In this document: piece by piece, positions 36,607 to 44,602 of the stretch
How positions within the stretch are numbered: position 1 is the stretch's first letter
Layout: every line of letters starts with the position of its first letter
Assembly (NCBI GenBank): GCA_964440805.1
Contig: CAYTTR010000004.1
Coordinates: 15,040-79,039, forward strand
Length of the DNA stretch: 64,000 nucleotides
Direction of reading: 5' to 3'
Source of the DNA: an uncultured Eubacteriales bacterium
GTDB lineage: Bacteria; Acidobacteriota; Aminicenantia; Aminicenantales; Aminicenantaceae
Position numbers and translations under genes: made by a program
Notes under the pieces: model-generated
Seen by the model: only the letters and a program-made list of their open reading frames with translations
What the model was told of the DNA's origin: nothing
Database searches by the model: none

Positions 36607-37845
36607 TTATATTACTGTAAAAGAATTGTAAATGTATATCTTACAGAAATTAAAGTAAATAGAAAATATTCTGAAGAAGGGAAAAAATCCCGGTTTTTTT
36701 TTAATAAAGAAGTAATGAGTATTTTTCCCACCCTCTCTGTAGAAATTTGGTACATTGGGAAAACGCGAAGCAGCCAGTGCTTTTTTTACTGAGGGGGAGA
36801 GGATCTTGATTCTCTTCTTAGCTTTTTTATTATATTTCTGGAGAAAGTGGTCCACTAAAAGTTGGATGTCTTCTTTTCTTCGTCTTAAAGGAGGAAGATG
36901 GATTGGAACCACGCTGAGGCGGTAAAATAGATCTTCTCTGAATTTTCCTTCCCTGACAGAATCAGACAGGTTCTGGTTGGTGGCAGCAATGATGCGGACA
37001 TCCACTTTTATAGGACGGGAACTGCCTATCCGGGTGACTTCCCTTTCCTGGATAACTCTTAGAAGTTTCGCTTGAATGTTAAGAGAAATGTTAGAGATCT
37101 CATCTAAGAATATAGTCCCTCCGTTAGCTACTTCGAAACGGCCGTGTTTGGTTTCATAGGCACCGGTAAAAGATCCTTTGACATGTCCAAACAGCTCACT
37201 TTCAAACAAGCTTTCCACAAGAGCGCCGCAGTCAACAACAACAAAAGGTGCTTTCTTTCTGGGACTGTGATTGTGGATTTCCCTGGCGAGGAGTTCTTTT
37301 CCGGTTCCGCTTTCTCCGGAGATAAGAACTGTACTTTCTGTAGGACTGACTTTTCGGAAAACTTCCATCACTTTTTGCATAGCCGGGCTGCGGCCTATCA
37401 CCATGTTGAAAGTACTGTTTTTTTCAGGAAATTGTCTCTCTTTTTGTCGCTCTTGGAGGTGTTTGCTTGAATCCAGGGCTTTTTTAACCATGACCCGGAG
37501 TTCTTCCGGGCTGAACGGCTTGGCTAAATAATCGAAAGCTCCTCTTTTAATTGTTTCTACCGCAGATTCAATGGAAGCATGCCCGGTAATGATAATAACC
37601 GGAAGGTCAGGTTGTTCTTTCTTGAGCCGGGAAAGGGCTTCAAATCCATTTAACTTGGGCAGCTTCAGGTCAAGAAGAACCAAATCAATTTTTTCTTTTT
37701 TAAAAAGGTCAAGGCCTTGAAGGGCATTTTCAGCCCCCATCACTTCATAACCGGCTCTTTTCAGTACCTGAGTACAGGAGTCGCGGATAGCTTCCTCGTC
37801 ATCTATAATTAAAATCCTGTTTTTCTTACTCATTATTGTCTTCAA
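36607..37845 (-). CDS. sigma-54-dependent response regulator (REC + AAA+), with no recognisable C-terminal HTH
   Basis: REC motifs are ILIIDDEEAIRD, DLVLLDLKLP and YLAKPF. AAA+ motifs are GESGTGKE, the GAFTGA variant GSFTGA and IFLDEI. After ...LSPSVKKALAASRFP the expected GNVRELxN and Fis-type HTH are absent, and the last ~45 codons are AT-rich and low-complexity. Confidence 0.75.
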   Translation of the reverse strand: MKTIMSKKNRILIIDDEEAIRDSCTQVLKRAGYEVMGAENALQGLDLFKKEKIDLVLLDLKLPKLNGFEALSRLKKEQPDLPVIIITGHASIESAVETIKRGAFDYLAKPFSPEELRVMVKKALDSSKHLQERQKERQFPEKNSTFNMVIGRSPAMQKVMEVFRKVSPTESTVLISGESGTGKELLAREIHNHSPRKKAPFVVVDCGALVESLFESELFGHVKGSFTGAYETKHGRFEVANGGTIFLDEISNISLNIQAKLLRVIQEREVTRIGSSRPIKVDVRIIAATNQNLSDSVREGKFREDLFYRLSVVPIHLPPLRRRKEDIQLLVDHFLQKYNKKAKKRIKILSPSVKKALAASRFPNVPNFYREGGKNTHYFFIKKKPGFFPFFRIFSIYFNFCKIYIYNSFTVI

Positions 37846-39154
37846 GCTTTACTGGTATAGTGACAGCAAAGGTTAAGCCTTTGCCTTGCTCGCTGTCCAC
37901 ATCGATTTTCCCCTCATGTTTCTGGATAATGCTGTAACTTATGGAAAGTCCCAGGCCGGTTCCTTTTCCCACTTCTTTGGTGGTGAAAAAAGGTTCAAAA
38001 ATTCGCCTTTTGTCTTCTTCACTCATTCCATGGCCGGTATCAGCGAAAGAAATGCGAATGTTTTTTCCATCATCATCAAGCTGGGTGGTTAAGGTAAGTG
38101 TACCCTTTCCGTCCATGGCTTCGGCTGCGTTGATTATGATGTTGGTGAATACTTGTTGTAATTGACCGCCGTCAGCAATAGTTCTGGGGAGATTAGAGTC
38201 ATAATTTCTTTTTATTTTAATATTTTGGAAAAGAACCTGTCTTTCCACAATGGAGAGAGATTTTTCTACAATTTCATTAATATCCACCGATGACATTTCC
38301 GGTTCCTTGGGCCGGGCAAATTCCAGGAGCCCCTTGACTATATCCTTGCAGCGGGATGTTTCCTTGACGATTTTTCTCAAATTTTCATAGTGAGGACTGT
38401 TTTTTTTGGTATCTTCAAGGAGAAGGTGACTGTAAATCAGGATTCCACCCAGAGGATTATTTATTTCGTGAGCGATTCCGGCAGCCAGTTTTCCCAGGGA
38501 GGCCAGTTTTTCCGATTGGACAAGATGGGTTTGCATGGCAGTAAGCTCCTTGGTCCTTTCTTCCACTTTTTTCTCCAGGGTTTTTCCCCACTCAAGAAGT
38601 TTTCTGTTAGCTTCCTTTAGGTTGTCTATCATAGAATTAAAGGATTCAGCTAAGTAGCCCAGTTCATCAGAAGAGCGGATTTCAACTTTGTGGGAGAGGT
38701 CGCCGTTGGCGATGCTTTTAGTGGCAGCCACCATTTTATGCAGGGGTTTGATGATGCGGGAGGTGGAAAAATTTAGAATTATGAGGAGAAGAACTACACA
38801 GAGAGAAGCCATAATAGTAAAAGTCAACATCAGACGGTTTGTAGTGTCAATGTAAGGTTTTTCCAGCATTCCAACATAAAGAATGCCGATAATTTTTCCG
38901 TTTATATTTCGGATAGGTTCATAGGCGGTGATATACCAGTCATTGACAACAAAGGCCCGGTCAATCCATGATTTTCCTTCCCGGAGAACGGCAGTGTTGA
39001 CTTCTTTGGAGACCCTTGTCCCTAAGGCTCTGGTTTCGTCTTTATTCCTGACATTGGTGGAAATGCGGAGGTCTTTTTGAAAGATGGTTACAGTTCCTAT
39101 TTCGCGGCCTTTATACTTTTTCCCTTTATAAACGATTTCCTTTACCCGGTCCAC
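37826..39154 (-). CDS. sensor histidine kinase, C-terminal part (distal Cache half, TM2, HAMP, HisKA, HATPase_c)
   Basis: GTG start. It contains GTVTIFQKDLRISTNV...AFVVNDWYITAYEPI (Cache), TM, HAMP, the H-box AAGIAHEINNPL, the N-box and G boxes DTGHGM and GTGLGLSI. Confidence 0.8.
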   Translation of the reverse strand: MDRVKEIVYKGKKYKGREIGTVTIFQKDLRISTNVRNKDETRALGTRVSKEVNTAVLREGKSWIDRAFVVNDWYITAYEPIRNINGKIIGILYVGMLEKPYIDTTNRLMLTFTIMASLCVVLLLIILNFSTSRIIKPLHKMVAATKSIANGDLSHKVEIRSSDELGYLAESFNSMIDNLKEANRKLLEWGKTLEKKVEERTKELTAMQTHLVQSEKLASLGKLAAGIAHEINNPLGGILIYSHLLLEDTKKNSPHYENLRKIVKETSRCKDIVKGLLEFARPKEPEMSSVDINEIVEKSLSIVERQVLFQNIKIKRNYDSNLPRTIADGGQLQQVFTNIIINAAEAMDGKGTLTLTTQLDDDGKNIRISFADTGHGMSEEDKRRIFEPFFTTKEVGKGTGLGLSISYSIIQKHEGKIDVDSEQGKGLTFAVTIPVKLEDNNE

Positions 39155-39158
39155 TATT

Positions 39159-39695
39159 TCATGATTGCGGTTTAGCAGTGGTTATGAATTCCATATAAGC
39201 CTGATTGGCTAATTGACTTCCTTCTTTGAGGAGCTCTTCTCTTGGGATTACTTGAGGAGAGGTGACCGCCTGTCCTTTAAGGGCTCGCCTTACAAATTCG
39301 TCTGTGGATTGATCATTCCCGGCTACTTCCGGATTCCTTGAGCGGAGAATAACTTTTCCCTGATGGTCGCAAATAGTGAGTGCATCCAATCCGTTTTCTT
39401 GCCTGACTTTTCCCAGAATTCTTAACAGTGCTTCCCGGTTTTGAACTCGAACCGCCTGATGAAGACTTTCCCTGGATGAGGTCATGGTCACAATGTCTTT
39501 GATATCATTTAGTTTGCCGTTAAAAACCAGCCAGGCGGCAGCCAGATCATGCCTTACTTTTGCTTGAGCCTGGGTTATAAGTGTATTTTTAACCAGACGC
39601 CAGCCAATGATAAGAGAGATCAATCCTCCAAAGATTATAACGAAGAGAAAACTAAGGATGATTTTTTTGCGAAGGGAAAGACGCAAAGGCTTCAT
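39159..39695 (-). CDS. sensor histidine kinase, N-terminal part (TM1 + proximal Cache half), separated from the rest by a frame change
   Basis: 178 aa with TM1 (ILSFLFVIIFGGLISLIIGW) followed by periplasmic sensor sequence. It stops 4 nt before the next ORF, and the downstream frame is already open as PLLNRNHEIVD over the same nucleotides. Confidence 0.65.
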   Translation of the reverse strand: MKPLRLSLRKKIILSFLFVIIFGGLISLIIGWRLVKNTLITQAQAKVRHDLAAAWLVFNGKLNDIKDIVTMTSSRESLHQAVRVQNREALLRILGKVRQENGLDALTICDHQGKVILRSRNPEVAGNDQSTDEFVRRALKGQAVTSPQVIPREELLKEGSQLANQAYMEFITTAKPQS

Positions 39696-39881
39696 TCTCC
39701 TGTTGACCGGTTCGAATTAAAAATTTTATCTTATCTGGATGAATAGCACAACATAAAAGTGTGGAGAAAATACCCACTTTCAGATTGTAACTATGTTGTT
39801 TCAGTCTGGGAAACCTTCCTTTGCTATTTCCCTTGGCTAAATATTTTTCTTTATTTTTTTAAAATTTCATTTTTTAAGGGA

Positions 39882-41342
39882 TTATTTCTTTAGCCTTTCG
39901 ATTAGCTCTCCGTGATGGTTGTAAATATTGATAACCAAAGGCATATCACCAGGAAGAGCATGAGTCCCGCAGGCATGACAGGGATCATAAGGCCGGAAAG
40001 CCATTTCTGCCAGGTTTAGTAAACCTTCGGAGACTTTACCGCCTTTAATAAAAGCTTTGGCAGCTTTTTCAACCGACATGGTGATAGCTGCTGCATTGTT
40101 TACGGTGGCCACGATTAAGTTGGCTTCGGTCAGGATGCCTTTGGAATCTGTTTTGTAGTGGTGGATGAGAGTTCCACGGGGTGCTTCCACAATTCCTACT
40201 CCTTCATCGGGTGTTTCTGTAGGGATGTTTCTAATATTGGGATCGGTTATATCCTTGTTTTCCAGTAATTGTACCATTGCTTCTGTAGCTTGAAGGGCCT
40301 CGATTAAGCGGGCCCAGTGAAAAGCCAAGGTATGGTGAGACGGTTTTCCTCCCAGGACTTCATACATTTTCTCGTAGGCCTCCTGGGCCAGAGGAGTAGC
40401 CATTCCGTCGGAAGCATTCAACCGGGCAAGGGGGGCCACCCGGTAGATGCCGCTGTCTTTACCTTCGCTGAATCCATTCCAACCCACTTTTTTCAAGAAG
40501 GGGAACTTAATGTAGGTCCAGGGCTCTACATGTTCTGAAATATGATCAAGGTATTCGCTGGGGGAAAACTTGGCGTATTCTTTTCCTGTTGGATCGACTA
40601 CCCGGACCGGTCCGTCGTAAAAGTTTACTTTGTTATTTTCATCAACCAGGCCCATGTAATAGGTTTCCATCTTGTAGGCGTCCCCTGTGACCAGGTCGAC
40701 ATACTCTTTGTTCTTGAGCACTACATCATCGAAAATCTGCAAAGCAAACTGAGCAAATTCAACAGCGAATTTGGCTGTTTCCAGGAACTTGAGGCGGTGT
40801 TCTTCATCCAGGCCCTTGGATACTCCTCCAGGGAGGCCGGAAACCGGATGAATGACTTTTCCGCATAAATGATTAAGAATATCCCGGCATTCTCTCCTGA
40901 CCCGGATGACTTTTCCTCCGATCTCCAGCCCCACTTTACCCAGCACGCCAAGAATATTTCGTTCGGCTGCAGGTGCCTGAGGCCCGACCACAAAGTCCGG
41001 TCCTCCGAGAAAAAAGAAATGGAGCGTATGGTCCTCCATCATGAAAGTATTGTAGATAAGTTCGCGAAGCATTTTGGCGGCGGGAGTAGGTTGAACATGA
41101 AACAGGTCGTCCAGGGTTTTGGTTGAAGCCATGTGGTGGGCAGTGGGGCAAACACCGCATATCCGCGGGGTAATGCGGGGCATTTCCTCAGCCGGACGGC
41201 CTACTGCGAACTGTTCGAATCCGCGAAGTTCCGGTATTTGAAGAAAAGCTCTTTCTACATCTCCTTTGTCATCCAGAAAGATTTCAATTTTTCCATGTCC
41301 TTCCAGACGGGTGATAGGGTCTATAGTTATGCGTTGGCTCAT
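39882..41342 (-). CDS. mvhA: group-3c [NiFe]-hydrogenase large subunit (MvhA-type)
   Basis: 486 aa with RICGVCPTAHH near the N-terminus and DPCHACGTH followed by a 25-aa cleavable extension. Confidence 0.9.
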   Translation of the reverse strand: MSQRITIDPITRLEGHGKIEIFLDDKGDVERAFLQIPELRGFEQFAVGRPAEEMPRITPRICGVCPTAHHMASTKTLDDLFHVQPTPAAKMLRELIYNTFMMEDHTLHFFFLGGPDFVVGPQAPAAERNILGVLGKVGLEIGGKVIRVRRECRDILNHLCGKVIHPVSGLPGGVSKGLDEEHRLKFLETAKFAVEFAQFALQIFDDVVLKNKEYVDLVTGDAYKMETYYMGLVDENNKVNFYDGPVRVVDPTGKEYAKFSPSEYLDHISEHVEPWTYIKFPFLKKVGWNGFSEGKDSGIYRVAPLARLNASDGMATPLAQEAYEKMYEVLGGKPSHHTLAFHWARLIEALQATEAMVQLLENKDITDPNIRNIPTETPDEGVGIVEAPRGTLIHHYKTDSKGILTEANLIVATVNNAAAITMSVEKAAKAFIKGGKVSEGLLNLAEMAFRPYDPCHACGTHALPGDMPLVINIYNHHGELIERLKK

Positions 41343-42319
41343 TTTGATTCCTCCATTTTGCGCCTTCTTAAGATGGATTTAGGCAGGCTGAAGCGGTAAA
41401 AAGTGCCGGCTGGATCTACAATGGTTTGAACCACTTTTTCAATTTCTTTTTCGTCGTCTGTGTCCAGAATTGAGGCAAAGGCAGCCAGGAATTTAGCTCC
41501 CTGGTCGAAGACCTGGTCGGTTGGTCCAAAGCAGCCCCGGCAGGGCATGTTGGCTTCAATGCAGCGCTCCCCGCATCCAGTCCGTGTAGCCGGGCCAAGA
41601 CAAACAACTCCCTGGGCGAGAAAACATTTCTCCGGGTCGAGCATAATTTCCCAGGGGCGTTTTATCTCTTTGACAGCCATTTTTTCCGGTTTTGATTCGT
41701 TGCGGTCGCAGTCGTCACAAAGTGATTTGTTGGGGGAGAGAACTGCACCCTTGGGAGGCAGCTTTCCTTCGAGAATAGCTTGAACCGCCTCCATGATTAA
41801 GTTTTTCGGGGGGGCACATCCCGGAAGATAATAATCCACGTCAATAACCTGGTCAAGGGCATAAACGGTATCATAAAAGCTGGGCAGATAAAGCTCTTTT
41901 CCATCAACGGTGCATTTTTCCTGAGGGACTACACCGTCAGGGTTGTCCGTAGAAGGAGTGGTATGATAAGATCGGTTAAAAATTGTTTCTTTGTCCCAAA
42001 AATTGGCCAGGCCAGGAACCCCTCCGAGATGGGCACAGGAGCCGAAGGCTACCACCAGTTGGGATTTCTTCCGGAGAAGATCAACCATTTCTTGTTGTTC
42101 AGACAGGCGGACGGCTCCGTTAATGAAGCTCACAGCAATAGAGCCATCGTCCATGGCCTCTACGTCTTTTTTCTTGAAGTCGAGAGCCACCGGCCAGAAG
42201 ACAATGTCCACTGCTTCAACCACTTTCAGAATGTCTTCGGCAAGGTCGACCACAGCCTCCTCGCATCCGCCGCAGGAGGCACACCAGTAAAAAGCAACTT
42301 TAGGTTTGTCATTACTCAT
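41339..42319 (-). CDS. mvhG: group-3c [NiFe]-hydrogenase small subunit (MvhG-type)
   Basis: 326 aa with N-terminal [28 protein letters not shown] and distal cluster cysteines. It overlaps mvhA by 4 nt. Confidence 0.85.
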   Translation of the reverse strand: MSNDKPKVAFYWCASCGGCEEAVVDLAEDILKVVEAVDIVFWPVALDFKKKDVEAMDDGSIAVSFINGAVRLSEQQEMVDLLRKKSQLVVAFGSCAHLGGVPGLANFWDKETIFNRSYHTTPSTDNPDGVVPQEKCTVDGKELYLPSFYDTVYALDQVIDVDYYLPGCAPPKNLIMEAVQAILEGKLPPKGAVLSPNKSLCDDCDRNESKPEKMAVKEIKRPWEIMLDPEKCFLAQGVVCLGPATRTGCGERCIEANMPCRGCFGPTDQVFDQGAKFLAAFASILDTDDEKEIEKVVQTIVDPAGTFYRFSLPKSILRRRKMEESK

Positions 42320-42743
42320 TATGATTTCCTCCGTTCCAGGACAGGGGTCCTAATTTACGTATTTCTTCTGTGAATTCATTGCATACTTTCTGGAACTTTG
42401 CTCCTTCCGCCGCTGAAACCCATTCCAGGCGGAAGCGTTCTTTTTCGATTCCGAACTGTTCCAACATTTTAGAGAGTAATCTGTGCCTTCTTAAAGCTTT
42501 GTAGTTTCCCTCTTGGTAATGACAATCGCCGGGGTGACACCCAGAAATAAGGACACCGTCTGCGCCTTCTCTGAAAGCTTTGAGGACAAATTGAGGGTCT
42601 ACTCTACCGCTGCACATGACCCTGATAATCCGCATGTTGGGAGCATAGGTCATGCGGGCAGTGCCGGCGAGATCAGCGCCCGTATAAGAGCACCAATTGC
42701 ATAAAAAGCCAACCAATTTAGGGTCGAAGGCTTGCTCGCTCAT
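42312..42743 (-). CDS. mvhD: methyl-viologen-reducing hydrogenase delta subunit (MvhD/FlpD)
   Basis: 143 aa with [24 protein letters not shown] and [21 protein letters not shown]. Confidence 0.85.
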   Translation of the reverse strand: MSEQAFDPKLVGFLCNWCSYTGADLAGTARMTYAPNMRIIRVMCSGRVDPQFVLKAFREGADGVLISGCHPGDCHYQEGNYKALRRHRLLSKMLEQFGIEKERFRLEWVSAAEGAKFQKVCNEFTEEIRKLGPLSWNGGNHNE

Positions 42744-42832
42744 TTATTGGCCTCCTTCCAATTTTACGGTCGTCTCCTGAAGAGAAAACCTTGTATTATG
42801 GACGAATTGAATCGTTTATTCTACCACTTTTT

Positions 42833-44590
42833 TTATTCAATAAACAGGCCCTCGATCTCAGCAAAGATCTGGGCATCCCGGAAATGTTTCTGTTGCGAAG
42901 CAGCGCTGGGGCAGGCAGAAACACAGGTGCCGCATCCTTTGCAGAGGGCATCATTGATTTCAGAAATCCCCTTCTCTTTATTGAAGGTGATGGCGGTAAA
43001 AGGGCAAAGTCCCACGCAGAGCTGGCAGCCGGAGCAAAGTTCTTCATCTATTTCGGCTGTAATGGGTTCCAGCTCAAAGACACCCTTATCAGCTAAGGCC
43101 AAGGCTTCGGAAGCAGCTGCTCCTGCTTGAGCCACTGTATCAGGGATATCTTTGGGAGACTGGCAGGTTCCGGCCAGGAAAATTCCGTCGGAAAATGTTG
43201 AAACCGGAGCCAGTTTAGGATGGCGCTCGAGAAAGAAAGTGTCTTGACTGCAGGATATATTGAAAATGTGAGCCAATTCATTTTGCTCAATTCCCGGCTC
43301 AAGACCAGTGGCCAGTATAACCATGTCTACTGGAATCCGGCGGACCGCTCCTAACAAAGTATCTTCTACCCCGATTACAAGTTTTCCCTCTTCGCTTTCT
43401 GTCAGGGGGATATCGCTTATTTCTGATACTCTGCCCCGAATAAACTTGGTTCCTTCCTCGAGCAATCGATGATAGAACTCTTCGTACCCTTTTCCGAAAC
43501 AGCGCATATCGATGTAGAAGTCATATATATCAGCTTCTGTTTTTTCCTTGAGCAGATGGGCGAATTTAAGCGAGTACATGCAGCAGACCCTTGAGCAGTA
43601 TTCGTTGTAGTTTTCATCCCGCGAGCCAACGCAGTGAATAATGCCCACTGCTTTAGGTTCTTCTCCATTGGCCAAAAGAATGTTACCGCCGGTTGGACCT
43701 GAGGCATTAACCAGCTTCTCGAATTCTATGGCAGTTATGACATTAGGAAAGCGCCCGTAGCCGTAGGCCGGTATTTTCCGGGGATCAAAAGGTTTAAAGC
43801 CGGAGGCAAGGATAATGGATCCCACTTCAATCTCTTTTTCTTTCTCCTCCATTTCGTGGTTGATAGCCTCTTTTTCGCAGACTTTTTCACAGAGTTTGCA
43901 GTTTCCGGTTTTAAAATGAATGCAGGCTTCTTCGTCGATAAAGGGAACCATGGGAACAGCTTGTCTTATTGGAACCCGGACGGCGGTAAGGGGTCCTAAT
44001 AGGAGTTCTTCATGAATTACTTTGCGTCCGTGAAGATCTTCGACCGTAATGGCTTCAGTGGGACAAAAATAAGCGCAGGCGGCACAACCGATGCAAGCTT
44101 CTGATTCTTTACCGAAAGGAGGAGCTACTTCTCTATCTTTTCCCCGGTTGATGAAGCTAATAGCATTGGCTCCCACAACATCTTCACAGGTACGGACACA
44201 CAGCCCGCAGAGAATACATTTCTCATGGGGATCCTTGATTTCAAAACGGGTCTTTTCAATTCCCAGGTCCTCGGCAATTTTCTGAACAGGTTCAGCTGCC
44301 GGGGCTCGGGCCATCAGCATTTCTACATTTAGTTTTCTGGCTCTCAGGGCTCTTTCTGAGGAGGTCTCAACCATCATTCCGTCGCGGGCTTGGGTGTTGC
44401 ATGATGTAACCAGATCTTTTTCTCCATGAACATCGATTTCCACCACGCAAACCCGGCAGGCGGCATAAGGCTCAAGCAGCGGGTGATAGCAGAGAGTGGG
44501 GATGTGAACATCCGCCTTTTCCGCTGCTTGAAGAATAGTTGTTCCTTCCTCAACCTGAATTTTTTTTCCGTCTATGGTGATGTCGATCAT
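42833..44590 (-). CDS. chimeric Fe-S flavoprotein: NuoG/HydA-type N-terminus (2Fe-2S + 2x4Fe-4S) fused to the C-terminal two-thirds of HdrA
   Basis: Residues 1-185 contain [18 protein letters not shown]...LCYHP...CRVCVVEI...TSC and [12 protein letters not shown]...[12 protein letters not shown]. From ~205 onward the sequence is HdrA-like: [72 protein letters not shown], and a C-terminal ferredoxin [12 protein letters not shown]...[12 protein letters not shown]. Confidence 0.75.
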   Translation of the reverse strand: [585 protein letters not shown]

Positions 44591-44602
44591 GATTCCTCCT
44601 CC

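Noticed and set aside
39701-39716. GGTTCGAAT, a tRNA T-arm-like string.
   Set aside because: No acceptor, D or anticodon arms can be drawn around it. It lies right at the 5' end of the kinase gene.
39882-41342. Possible selenocysteine ([NiFeSe]) recoding in the hydrogenase or Hdr genes.
   Set aside because: The C-terminal Ni-binding motifs read DPCHACGTH and DPCISCSVH with ordinary Cys codons. No in-frame TGA interrupts mvhA, hydA, mvhD or the hdrA pieces.
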